DNA from: a virus
Length of the DNA stretch: 64,000 nt
Reading direction: 5' to 3' (one strand)
UHGV virus genome: UHGV-0209088
Shown: positions 18,426 through 27,322 of the stretch, piece by piece
Position numbering within the stretch: the first letter of the stretch is position 1
How the letters are laid out: each line of letters opens with the position of its first letter
Position numbers and translations under genes: made by a program
The notes under the pieces: model-generated
The model's database searches: none
Seen by the model: the letters and a program-made list of their open reading frames with translations, nothing else
Told to the model about the DNA's origin: nothing

Positions 18426-18783
18426 ACGCCTCAACATCATCCTTGAGCCACGGAAGGCCGGGATCTGCCTCAAGGCGCAGGTGCGCGCAACGCTGGTGGC
18501 GCTGGATGGCCGCTGGTTCATCGGTACCAACGGAGTGAGATCACCGCAGGAGGTCTGCCCGCGCGCTGGCTCTCCCCACTTCACCGGGTATGAGGCGTGC
18601 AAGGGTATCTGCCGTCAGGAGTCGCATGCAGAAGTGAGCGCCATCAATCTGGCGGGAGAAGCCGCCCGCGGCGCCACGATCTACCTCGAGGGGCACTTCG
18701 CCGCGTGTCCGGATTGCCAGGCGGCAGCCGACGCAGCTGGCATCGCGCAAATCATCATCGGCGCACCGCCAGTGCAACAGTAG
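18415..18783 (+). CDS. cytidine/deoxycytidylate (TadA/dCMP) deaminase-like zinc-binding protein (122 aa)
   Basis: HAE (ESHAEVSAI) and PCxxC (ACPDCQAA) spaced ~28 aa, the CDA-fold zinc ligand signature. Confidence 0.6.
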   Translation: MAGKRLNIILEPRKAGICLKAQVRATLVALDGRWFIGTNGVRSPQEVCPRAGSPHFTGYEACKGICRQESHAEVSAINLAGEAARGATIYLEGHFAACPDCQAAADAAGIAQIIIGAPPVQQ

Positions 18784-18847
18784 ATCATTTTGGTTGGATC
18801 CCGCCTCAATAGACGCTATTGGTGCCTTCCGTAACAGGAGGGCACCT

Positions 18848-19207
18848 ATGAGCCGCGCACTTACCCCTGAAGAACTACGCAATAACGTCCTGAACCACGT
18901 CCGCCTGATGGTCGAATACTGGGCCACCCTGCCGGGCCTTGATGAGCACGCGCGCTGCGATGGCGTGGCGTTCTCGATCCTCACCATGATTGACGGCAGC
19001 GCAGACCAGCCGCCGATGGCGCTGGTGGCGCTCTCCAGCGATGAGGACAAGCAGTATTACGTCGAGAAGGGCGAGAACTGGGTCGAGCACGGCACCGTCA
19101 TCAACGATGATGTGATGCTGCACGAGGAATATAACGCGCCTGAGCGCGCCGAATATGCCAAGTCCGTCATGAAATCAGCTGTGAAAGCTGACGACCAGAA
19201 GAACTAA
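18848..19207 (+). CDS. hypothetical protein (119 aa)
   Basis: RBS aggaggg before ATG 18848. Confidence 0.55.
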   Translation: MSRALTPEELRNNVLNHVRLMVEYWATLPGLDEHARCDGVAFSILTMIDGSADQPPMALVALSSDEDKQYYVEKGENWVEHGTVINDDVMLHEEYNAPERAEYAKSVMKSAVKADDQKN

Positions 19208-19247
19208 CCTCTATAAATTCAATCACCTGCGCTGCGCCCTGACATTC

Positions 19248-19266
19248 TAGGGCGCAGGTAGGGCGC
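19248..19266 (+). promoter_or_regulatory. tandem direct repeat TAGGGCGCAGGTAGGGCGC (copy D)
   Basis: same family; preceded by palindrome gcgcccta...tagggcgc hairpin. Confidence 0.5.
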
Positions 19267-19281
19267 AATGTTCAATATTAC

Positions 19282-19310
19282 TTGCTCAAATATGAGTAAT
19301 TGAGTTACAT
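19282..19310 (+). promoter_or_regulatory. sigma70-like promoter TTGCTC-N17-TTACAT overlapping palindrome TTGCTCAAATATGAGTAA
   Basis: -35 19282-19287, -10 19305-19310; followed by leader homologous to 15685-15778. Confidence 0.5.
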
Positions 19311-19402
19311 TATCGGCTATCCCGTTTATTCACGGGAAACATGGCCCAGCGCTGCTGGCGTGACGACAATCAATAAGCCGCGAAAAACGCGGCGAGGAAT
19401 TT

Positions 19403-20653
19403 ATGAATCGATATGAACTACACCTCGGCAACTGCCTTGAGGTGTTGAAGGACTTACCAGACAACTCCGTAGACAGTATCGTCACCGACCCGCCATACGG
19501 CCTTAGCTTCATGAACAAGAAGTGGGATTATGATGTGCCGAGCGTCGAGGTATGGTCCGAATGCCTGCGAGTTCTGAAACCTGGCGGTCATTTGCTGTCG
19601 TTCGCTGGTACCAGAACTCAGCACAGAATGGCCTGCAACATAGAGGACGCTGGCTTCGAGATCCGCGACATGGTGTCATTCCTCTACGACACTAATGAAA
19701 CCGCTCAGGCACTGATTGAAAGCCTGACACCGGAACAGTTGAAAATGCTGGACGCCACCTTCGGTCGAGACTCTATGCTTGCATGGGTGTACGGCAGCGG
19801 TTTCCCTAAATCTCACAACCTCAAAGATGACTGGACAGGCTGGGGCACCGCCCTGAAACCAGCGCTGGAGCCAATCACCGTAGCCCGTAAGCCGTTCAGA
19901 GGAACCGTTGCGGCAAACGTGCTGAAGCATGGCACCGGTGCTCTGAATATTGATGTGTGCCGTATCTCAACGGCAGATAAGCTCGGTGGTGGCGCGGAAA
20001 AGGCGAAGAATGCTGGTCTAATCCATGAAGGGTGGCAGCGTCCGTGGATGAGCGACCCGCAAGCCGCTGAAGCGTATGCGAAACGGATAAGAGAAAATGT
20101 CGAGAAGAGCGAAGCGCTAGGCCGCTGGCCTGCCAACTTGATTCACGACGGCAGCGATGAGGTTCTTGACCTTTTCCCTGAGACCAAATCAGGGGTCATG
20201 AAAGCAGGAACCCGGCGCGCTGCTCAGGATGAGCCTGGGAGCGTTTGTTACGGTACATACGGCGGCAATGCCGCGAGCACCGATACCTATGGGGATTCCG
20301 GTAGTGCTGCCCGTTTCTTCTACTGCGCGAAAGCTACTCGCAAAGACCGTAACGAGGGAATGCAGGATCCAGGCCCGCAGTTCGAACACGGCGCGACGCT
20401 GCGCAAGGTGGAGAATACCGAAACCAAAGGCAACAACCATCCGACAGTGAAGCCGACAGACCTGATGGCCTATCTATGCAGGCTGGTCACGCCTCCTGGC
20501 GGAGTGGTGCTCGACCCTTTCATGGGAAGCGGAAGCACTGGAAAGGCGGCAATGCGAGAAGGGTTCCGATTTATCGGCATTGAGATGGACGCGGACTACC
20601 TTGCGATCGCTGAGGCGCGCATTGCGCATGAGGCCGGGAAGGGGGCAGCATGA
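19403..20653 (+). CDS. beta-class DNA methyltransferase (N6-adenine, DPPY type; 416 aa)
   Basis: DSIVTDPPYGLSF near N-terminus, DPFMGSGSTGKAA near C-terminus. Confidence 0.85.
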   Translation: MNRYELHLGNCLEVLKDLPDNSVDSIVTDPPYGLSFMNKKWDYDVPSVEVWSECLRVLKPGGHLLSFAGTRTQHRMACNIEDAGFEIRDMVSFLYDTNETAQALIESLTPEQLKMLDATFGRDSMLAWVYGSGFPKSHNLKDDWTGWGTALKPALEPITVARKPFRGTVAANVLKHGTGALNIDVCRISTADKLGGGAEKAKNAGLIHEGWQRPWMSDPQAAEAYAKRIRENVEKSEALGRWPANLIHDGSDEVLDLFPETKSGVMKAGTRRAAQDEPGSVCYGTYGGNAASTDTYGDSGSAARFFYCAKATRKDRNEGMQDPGPQFEHGATLRKVENTETKGNNHPTVKPTDLMAYLCRLVTPPGGVVLDPFMGSGSTGKAAMREGFRFIGIEMDADYLAIAEARIAHEAGKGAA

Positions 20654-21135
20654 TGCCCGAGCAACCAAAACGCATCTCGTATAACGAGAGAGGTGCAACT
20701 GCGCCTTACGACCCGCGAGAGGTTTTTCCGCCCGAACTGACTGAATCCAGCAGAAAGATGACTCGCATTCTGGCGCGCGGCGGGCTGCAAAAACACATCC
20801 GCCAGTTCGGCGCTGATGGGCGCTTTACCTTCCACGCCGGGCTGACGGTCGAAGAGGCGGCAGCGCCAGGGATAGTCGAGGCTGTGAAGCGGTCGACGCT
20901 GCATGAGTTCGCCTCCGGTGACCTGGTGGTCATCCGCGGCACCACCGAAGCCGTTGAGATCGAGAAGGTCTGCGGCGTGTTCCTGATCCTGCGCTCATAC
21001 GGCGATGGCGGCTGCAACGCGTTCCGCCGCGTGAACCCGCCGCACGGTCGATACAGCTACGGGCGCATTCACATCTACAAAGGGCATGTTGAGCCAAACG
21101 GGAGGGTCTATGGACCTGGAAAAACACAGAAATAA
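20650..21135 (+). CDS. hypothetical protein (161 aa)
   Basis: ATGA-coupled ORF, RBS gaaggggg. Confidence 0.55.
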   Translation: MMPEQPKRISYNERGATAPYDPREVFPPELTESSRKMTRILARGGLQKHIRQFGADGRFTFHAGLTVEEAAAPGIVEAVKRSTLHEFASGDLVVIRGTTEAVEIEKVCGVFLILRSYGDGGCNAFRRVNPPHGRYSYGRIHIYKGHVEPNGRVYGPGKTQK

Positions 21136-21385
21136 GAACGGCACCATCAACGGTGTCAGTGCGCTCGGTGAGTTCACGGGGCTGGGGCAGGGGGAGGTTC
21201 AGGCCATCTTCCAGCAGGTGAAGGAGAACAACGCCAAACTGGAAGCCTGCCAGTACCATGAGTTCGAACTGCACGAGCAGGGACCAGTAGTCAGCCGATG
21301 GAAATATCGTTGCGCCCACTGCGGCGGCATCATCAACGGCAGTGACTACCGCTGGCACGAGCTCGGGCGCAGGGCAAAGCCGTAA
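21110..21385 (+). CDS. hypothetical protein with C-terminal CxxC (91 aa)
   Basis: RBS ggaggg before ATG 21110. Confidence 0.45.
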   Translation: MDLEKHRNKNGTINGVSALGEFTGLGQGEVQAIFQQVKENNAKLEACQYHEFELHEQGPVVSRWKYRCAHCGGIINGSDYRWHELGRRAKP

Positions 21386-21388
21386 GGG

Positions 21389-21724
21389 TCAGGCGACGAT
21401 CCCCCTGACCGTCGCCATCACCTTTACCAGCGTCTCATCATCGACGCGTCCGAGCTGGTCCGCGTGCGATGCCTCAATGGTGGCCAGCTTCACGGGCCGT
21501 ATCATCGAAGGGGCGGGAAGCCCCGCCTTCTCATGACCGAATATAACCACATCATTATCCCACTGCCGGTTCTCGGCGCTGGTTATCATCGCCACCCAGA
21601 GCAGTGAGCTATCCGGTCCTATGCCGCCGCCAGAAACGACCAGAGCTGGCCTGTGCTGGCGGGTATTCTTGTCGGTGTAGGGGAAAGGTACGCGAACAAC
21701 ATCCCCCTGCTTAAAGGTTGGCAT
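21389..21724 (-). CDS. MazF/PemK-family toxin (endoribonuclease-like, 111 aa)
   Basis: GDVVRVPFPY...HRPALVVS...core typical of PemK/MazF; RBS ggagag; overlaps antitoxin stop by 14 nt. Confidence 0.7.
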   Translation of the reverse strand: MPTFKQGDVVRVPFPYTDKNTRQHRPALVVSGGGIGPDSSLLWVAMITSAENRQWDNDVVIFGHEKAGLPAPSMIRPVKLATIEASHADQLGRVDDETLVKVMATVRGIVA

Positions 21725-21941
21725 AGGCTCTCCGGTCCGCTTCGCTGTCCCACTCACTGAACGTCACGAACGGATCGTCAGCCTGCTGCGTTACCTCGGC
21801 GCGCATGAGCACGACGCGGCCATCTTCAATCTGGTAGGCCAGCTCGTCTCCAGGCTTCAGGTTGAGTGCATTGCGCACTGCCTGCGGGATCGTCGTCTGG
21901 GCCTTGCTGGTCATCCTGCTGGTTATCACCGGCACCTCCAT
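21711..21941 (-). CDS. AbrB/MazE-family antitoxin (SpoVT/AbrB swapped-hairpin domain, ~70-77 aa)
   Basis: TIPQAVRNALNLKPGDELAYQIEDGRVVLMRA matches MazE/AbrB fold; alternative start at 21914. Confidence 0.65.
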   Translation of the reverse strand: MEVPVITSRMTSKAQTTIPQAVRNALNLKPGDELAYQIEDGRVVLMRAEVTQQADDPFVTFSEWDSEADRRAYANL

Positions 21942-22237
21942 TGCTCCATCTGATGTAAGGAATTTCCTTACCGATCGCAAGGGGGATGTATGCTGCGCTG
22001 CACAACATTGGTTTTCAAGGAGTCAAGCCCGCAATTGTCCGTGATATTGTGCATCGTAGCATGCTGAATTTCGAATCAGCGATCCTCGTCAACAACTTAT
22101 CTTAGTCCTGCATACGGGACGGAACAGCCATGCTTGTCCGTATGCTAGCCCTCCCAATCAACGAAATTAGAACACACCCATAAGAAGTGCCCATAGGCAC
22201 CGATTCGATAAGAAAATAATCGCTTCTGGGGCTATTT

Positions 22238-23086
22238 ATGGAAGTAATTACTCGCATCCGCAGTGAGTCCGCGGAGTTGCGTCGCGTATCCGATCTAAAG
22301 GTCTATGAGTTCAAGGGGCATCAGGGAACGGACAATCTTAAATCCAATGATCATTTCGCCGTACTTATGAACAGCGGCGGTAGACTGAGCGTACAGTGGG
22401 AAGGCAATAAAACCTTGTGCAATGAAGTTGACGCAGGGGATGTGATATTCAGCCCGTCAGGCTCGACAATCTCATGCAATCATCGAGAGGCCGTAAGCAG
22501 CTCTTTCATAGCACTGAAACAGTCAGTGTTCGTGAACGCTTCGAAAGATCATGTTGATTACGGTAGTATTGATTTTACCGGGCGACACATCAGGCGGCCA
22601 GTGACCACGACCATGGCCATGACCCTTCGCAACCTGAGTTCAGTTGAATCCTATCAGGAATGGCCGATGCTGATCGAGTCTGCCACTCTCGCGTTTGTGA
22701 TAGCGCTGATTTCTGCGCTGTCTCCTGCTGCTACAAAGGCGTTCCGTGAAAAGCCATACGGGATAGGTGATGTGCGCAAGAAGCGGGTGGTTGAGTACAT
22801 CGACGCGCACCTCACCAGAACGATATCCCTGGCTGAACTGGCGTATGAGGTTGGACTGAGCCAGTACCACTTCTCGCGGCTTTTCAAGAAGCGCTTCGGC
22901 ATGAGTATCATGGAATACATCAGCATGCGTCGGGTTGAGGTGGCGAAGGAAAAGCTGCAACTGACCGGCGATACGCTGGCGAGTATCGCCCACGACTGCG
23001 GGTTTTGCAGTCAAAGCCACTTCACTGGGGTTTTCGTGAGGATCACCGGCGTTACGCCAGCAGCGTACCGTAATGGCGCAAAGTAG
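22238..23086 (+). CDS. AraC/XylS-family transcriptional regulator (282 aa), probable moron
   Basis: C-terminal double HTH (LAELAYEVGLSQYHFSRLFKK...IAHDCGFCSQSHFTGVF); N-terminal cupin-like domain; locally low GC. Confidence 0.85.
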   Translation: MEVITRIRSESAELRRVSDLKVYEFKGHQGTDNLKSNDHFAVLMNSGGRLSVQWEGNKTLCNEVDAGDVIFSPSGSTISCNHREAVSSSFIALKQSVFVNASKDHVDYGSIDFTGRHIRRPVTTTMAMTLRNLSSVESYQEWPMLIESATLAFVIALISALSPAATKAFREKPYGIGDVRKKRVVEYIDAHLTRTISLAELAYEVGLSQYHFSRLFKKRFGMSIMEYISMRRVEVAKEKLQLTGDTLASIAHDCGFCSQSHFTGVFVRITGVTPAAYRNGAK

Positions 23087-23103
23087 GAGGATCAGCTACT
23101 CAG

Positions 23104-23116
23104 GCTGACGCTCTAA
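23104..23116 (+). promoter_or_regulatory. conserved post-stop motif GCTGACGCTCTAA (copy 4)
   Basis: 17 nt after AraC stop. Confidence 0.4.
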
Positions 23117-23164
23117 ATGTGATCGCTGGTTAAAATCAAGGAATTGCCGTGAGCGCTCTGAAAT

Positions 23165-23183
23165 CAGGGCGCAGATAGGGCGC
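23165..23183 (+). promoter_or_regulatory. tandem direct repeat CAGGGCGCAGATAGGGCGC (copy E)
   Basis: same family, first unit T to C. Confidence 0.45.
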
Positions 23184-23245
23184 AACAACACGCAAAATCG
23201 TCGTGACCATACACTGGCTGCATCATTCTTTTGCGGCCAGTATGT

Positions 23246-26200
23246 ATGCGACTCGTTCTCCTCAAAGCTCAGAAGTTTGCCAACCAGGCGGGTTATTACC
23301 TGCTGAACGGTCGTTGGCACAAAACCTCGCAGGATAAGCCTGCTCCGAAAGGCGCGCCGGTTTCCGCGCATCCTCACTCCGCGGGTAAACCCGTCGCGAA
23401 AGAGACGCTGGCTGACCACGAGTGGCAGCAGCTGCAGCTCCCTGCCGAGAACGTCAACGCGAAGACCTTCAACAAGCAGCTCGACCAGCTCAAAGCGGCG
23501 GCCGTCGCCGGTGACGTGACTGGCATTCTGGGAAGCGGCTATGGCACGAACACCTACGGCAAAAAACTCGCGATCATTGCGAACCACGTTCTCGGGCTGC
23601 TGGGCAGTGACCATAAGGTTACCCCGGGCCAGAAAGCTGGCACGCACGCCGCTGTGCAAACCGCGCCAGAGATCGAGGCAGAAGCGCCAGCGCCGAAGCC
23701 GGAGCCAAAAGCAGAGCCGGAGCCGAAGGCCGAAGAGAAACCTGCAGCGCCGGCGCCGGAGAAAAAGGCCGACGCAGAACTGGCGGTGCCGGAGTTTGCC
23801 GAAGGCAAGCAGGCCAAAGGCGTGAAGGCCCACTACGAGAAGGTGGCGAAGAAGATCATCCGCGCCGCCAAGGCCGGTGACCTGTCTGCGCTCCAGTTCA
23901 TGGCAAAACCTGACCAGACGAGCTGGAAGGGTAAGACCGACAACAGCAAGAAGCTGATAGCGCTGCACCAGGCGGCGATCGCTTACGCTCAGGCCAACAA
24001 GCCGGCTGGCAAAGACATCCAGCATCCGGACGCGGAGAAGCAGGCCGCGAAGGAGGCGAAGGAGCTCGCGAAAGAGCAGGGCACTCCTGAGAAGGCACCA
24101 GAACCGGAGAAGAAGCCGAAGCCAGCCAAAGCGGAAGAGCCGAAATTCACCGACAAGGGGACGCTCGCCAATCCGTCCGGATACGGGAAGACTTTCGCCA
24201 ACCTGAAACAGGCCAACGCCGCGGCTGAGAAGCTGAAGGCGCAGGGGCATGATGTCTATGTCACCGCGCAGCACCCGTATCAGGTGAAACTCAATAAGCC
24301 GGAGCCGAAGCAGGAAGCCAAACCAGATCCGAAGCCGGAGCCGGCGAAGCAGGAAACCAAAGAACAGCCTAAAGGCGACGCAGCCGGCAAGCTGTCCCAG
24401 ATCCCGTGGGACAACCTGCTGCTGCCGGACAGCAACAAGAACGCCAAGAGCCACAACAAGCAGGTCGCCAAGATTAAGGCGATGGCTGAGGCTGGCGACA
24501 TCGAGGGGCTGAAAAACTTCAAGGCTGGCACCAACACCTACGGCAAGAAGCAAAACCTGCTGGCCCAGACTGCACTGGCGGCGCTGGAAGAGTCTGCGCC
24601 TGCACCCAAGGCTGAGGAGAAGGCAGCGCCGGATGAGAAGCCGAAGGCCGCTGAACCTGCCGCCAATGGGTTGCCGAAGAAGCCGGACAACGCCGGTAAG
24701 TGGCAAGACACGGTGGATGCGCTGGAAGGTTGGGCGAAGAGCGGCAATCTCACCGAAGCCGAGAGCATGTATTACGACCTGTATTCGCTGGTCGATGAAA
24801 TGCCGGACGCAATGCCGATCCTGCACTACGCCCAGGATGTGGTCTCTCACATCAAGAAGGCTGGGGCAGAACAGGGTGGCAAGCCGCAGAAGCCGACCGG
24901 CCTCACCAGCGTCCACTGGAACTCGACCGTCAACGAGATCGAAGCGCAGATGGAGGCCGGGAACGAAGCCTATCTCCAGACCAAGGTAGAGCAGACTGCT
25001 GGCCTGGCGTCTGCCGAAGCGAAGTCTGTACATGATTACGCCGTTGGCGCGCTTGGGTTCGTGCAGGACCAGAAGCAGGGCAACAGCGCCAGCACCGAAA
25101 ACGACGGCCCGATGGAAGGGGAGACCAAGCAGGGCGCGAACGGCACGCTCGTGTTCCACAATGGCCGCTGGCACAAACAGGGCGATGAGAAGGCGGCAGA
25201 GAAACCGGCGCCAGCTGGCCCGGCTGATGTCGAGATCCCGACCTTCAACGGCCCCAATGCCACCCATAACGCGTGGCTGCAGAAGGCCGCTGAGGCGCTG
25301 AAAGAGAAGGTGGTTTCCGAGGGCAAGGACGGCCTGAAACAGCCGCTGACGAACCACAAGAATGGCTCGGTAACGGTCAACATCGCTGGCGTGAAGGTCG
25401 GCAAGGCCAGCGTGACCAGCTCAAACCCCGCGATCGCGAAATTCGCCCAGTTCGTGGATGAGCTGAAAGCCTCTGTCGGCAAGGTGAAGAAGGCCAAGCC
25501 GGCACCGAAGGCGACGCAGGCTCCAGCGCCGGCCGCCGAGCCGGAGCAGCCGAAGCAGCTCGAGAGCATGGACAGCTGGACGCAGACTGGCGGCCAAGGC
25601 GGTTCGAACCCTGGCGGGAAGTTCAAGGACGAGAACGGCGTCGAGTGGTACTGCAAGTTCCCAGAGAACGACCATATCGCGAAGGCCGAGGTGCTGGCCG
25701 CGAAGCTCTACTCCGCGCTGGGCCTGAACGCTCAGGATGCGAAGCTCGTCACCAAAGATGGCAAGGTGGGCATCGCCAGCCGCTGGGTGAACGTCAAGAA
25801 AGCATCTCCGAAAGAGCTGGCCCAGACCCCGGGCGTTCTCGAAGGCTTCGCCGCTGACGCGTGGCTCGCGAACTGGGATGTGGTGGGTCTCGGCTTCGAT
25901 AACCTGCAGGTGGATGACCAGGGGCACGCCATGCGCGTCGACGCTGGTGGCTCCCTCATGTACCGGGCTCAGGGCAGCAAGAAGGCGTTCGGGGAACACG
26001 TCACCGAGCTGGACAGCCTGCGCGATCCGAAAATCAACCCGCAGGCGGCCGCAGTGTTCGGCCAGATGTCTGAGGCTGACATCACGGCGTCGGTGGCGAA
26101 GGTCGCGCAGATCTCCGATGCGCAGATCCGCATCATGGTGAACAACTTCGGCCCGGGCGATAAGGCCGAGCGGAAGGCGCTGGCTGAGACGCTGATTGCG

Positions 26201-27298
26201 CGCAAGAACGACCTGATCGCGAAGTACCCGAAGTCCGTGAAGGTCAAGAAGAAGCGCCTCGACCCGGAAAACCTGCCGGTGAAAGAGGATCGCCTGCCGA
26301 AAGAGCACGACTTCGCCAACTGGAACGGCCCGGGCGCCGGTCTGTCAGGGAAGGCTCACGTCAACGCCGCCAACCAGAAGGTTGAGAGCGAGATGCTGGC
26401 CATCGCGAAATCGGGCAACCTGACCAAGCTGAAGGACTACAAATTCCAGCCGGTTGACATTGCCACGGGCGAACCGAAAGGCGAACCGATCCCGGTGGGC
26501 CAGCACCCGTCGAAGCATGTGCAGCAGTTCCACCAGGACCTGATTCAGGCGCTGGATGAAATCGCGAACCCGCCGCAGCCGCTGAAGATCTTCCAGGAAT
26601 CCGACCTGAACACGTTGGATGAGCTGGATATGGCCTTCCCGTCGAAGAAATTCGGCACGACGGTCAACGCCGTTCATTCGAACGAGAAGATGGGATTTTG
26701 GGTGGTTCTCGGCGGCGTCCACAAGGCGGCCGAGAAGTTCATGCCGAAGAAGATCACCCACTTCACCACTCAGGCTATCGACGCGGCCTACCAGAAGTTC
26801 AAGGAGGGTTCGAAGCTGGCGAAGCACTTCGTTCTCTCCGTGCAGGCGTCAGGCAGCTACAACGACCTGTTCCGCGAGGGCAAGGAGACGGACCACGCCG
26901 GGAACAAGCTGTCTGATGTGGCGAAAGCCGCGATGGAGTTTGCCACCGAGCAGCCGGAAGGGACGACCGTCTACCGCTGGCAGCACATGACCAAGGACAT
27001 GGTGGACAAGATCATGAGCGCGCCGGACGGTACGGTGTTCCAGGCGACCGGCCCTATGTGTACCTCGATGTCGCCTACGGCCACCTCGCACTTTGGCCCG
27101 CACCGGATCACCATCCATTACGCGAAGGGTGCGAAGGCGGTCGAGAGCTTCGGATCCGGCAAGTTCGCGGGCGAGAAGGAAGTCACAACGTTACCGAACA
27201 GCCGGTTCGTCATTCTCAAGAAAGAGATGGTCCCGGCTGGCAGCGGGAAACGCATGGAGCTGGAAGTGCTTATGCTTCCGCCTGACCTTGGGTTATAA
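23246..27298 (+). CDS. very large multidomain protein (~1350 aa): duplicated N-terminal modules, Pro/Glu/Lys-rich linkers, kinase-like (HipA/PI3-4K-like) central domain, C-terminal ADP-ribosyltransferase-like R-S-E signature; candidate virion-injected effector
   Basis: single uninterrupted ORF; repeats NGRWHK x2 and GTNTYGKK x2; GGKFKDENGVEWYCKF...VGLGFDNLQVD...VDAGG; YRW...CTSMS...GEKEV at C-terminus; start codon uncertain (weak RBS). Confidence 0.7.
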   Translation: MRLVLLKAQKFANQAGYYLLNGRWHKTSQDKPAPKGAPVSAHPHSAGKPVAKETLADHEWQQLQLPAENVNAKTFNKQLDQLKAAAVAGDVTGILGSGYGTNTYGKKLAIIANHVLGLLGSDHKVTPGQKAGTHAAVQTAPEIEAEAPAPKPEPKAEPEPKAEEKPAAPAPEKKADAELAVPEFAEGKQAKGVKAHYEKVAKKIIRAAKAGDLSALQFMAKPDQTSWKGKTDNSKKLIALHQAAIAYAQANKPAGKDIQHPDAEKQAAKEAKELAKEQGTPEKAPEPEKKPKPAKAEEPKFTDKGTLANPSGYGKTFANLKQANAAAEKLKAQGHDVYVTAQHPYQVKLNKPEPKQEAKPDPKPEPAKQETKEQPKGDAAGKLSQIPWDNLLLPDSNKNAKSHNKQVAKIKAMAEAGDIEGLKNFKAGTNTYGKKQNLLAQTALAALEESAPAPKAEEKAAPDEKPKAAEPAANGLPKKPDNAGKWQDTVDALEGWAKSGNLTEAESMYYDLYSLVDEMPDAMPILHYAQDVVSHIKKAGAEQGGKPQKPTGLTSVHWNSTVNEIEAQMEAGNEAYLQTKVEQTAGLASAEAKSVHDYAVGALGFVQDQKQGNSASTENDGPMEGETKQGANGTLVFHNGRWHKQGDEKAAEKPAPAGPADVEIPTFNGPNATHNAWLQKAAEALKEKVVSEGKDGLKQPLTNHKNGSVTVNIAGVKVGKASVTSSNPAIAKFAQFVDELKASVGKVKKAKPAPKATQAPAPAAEPEQPKQLESMDSWTQTGGQGGSNPGGKFKDENGVEWYCKFPENDHIAKAEVLAAKLYSALGLNAQDAKLVTKDGKVGIASRWVNVKKASPKELAQTPGVLEGFAADAWLANWDVVGLGFDNLQVDDQGHAMRVDAGGSLMYRAQGSKKAFGEHVTELDSLRDPKINPQAAAVFGQMSEADITASVAKVAQISDAQIRIMVNNFGPGDKAERKALAETLIARKNDLIAKYPKSVKVKKKRLDPENLPVKEDRLPKEHDFANWNGPGAGLSGKAHVNAANQKVESEMLAIAKSGNLTKLKDYKFQPVDIATGEPKGEPIPVGQHPSKHVQQFHQDLIQALDEIANPPQPLKIFQESDLNTLDELDMAFPSKKFGTTVNAVHSNEKMGFWVVLGGVHKAAEKFMPKKITHFTTQAIDAAYQKFKEGSKLAKHFVLSVQASGSYNDLFREGKETDHAGNKLSDVAKAAMEFATEQPEGTTVYRWQHMTKDMVDKIMSAPDGTVFQATGPMCTSMSPTATSHFGPHRITIHYAKGAKAVESFGSGKFAGEKEVTTLPNSRFVILKKEMVPAGSGKRMELEVLMLPPDLGL

Positions 27299-27322
27299 TG
27301 TATATTATTTGAGGAATAGATT

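Noticed and set aside
23096-25357. 753-aa minus-strand ORF antisense to the large effector gene
   Set aside because: Extremely Arg/Leu-rich low-complexity translation typical of the reverse frame of a GC-rich gene; no RBS; the plus-strand product has recognisable domains.
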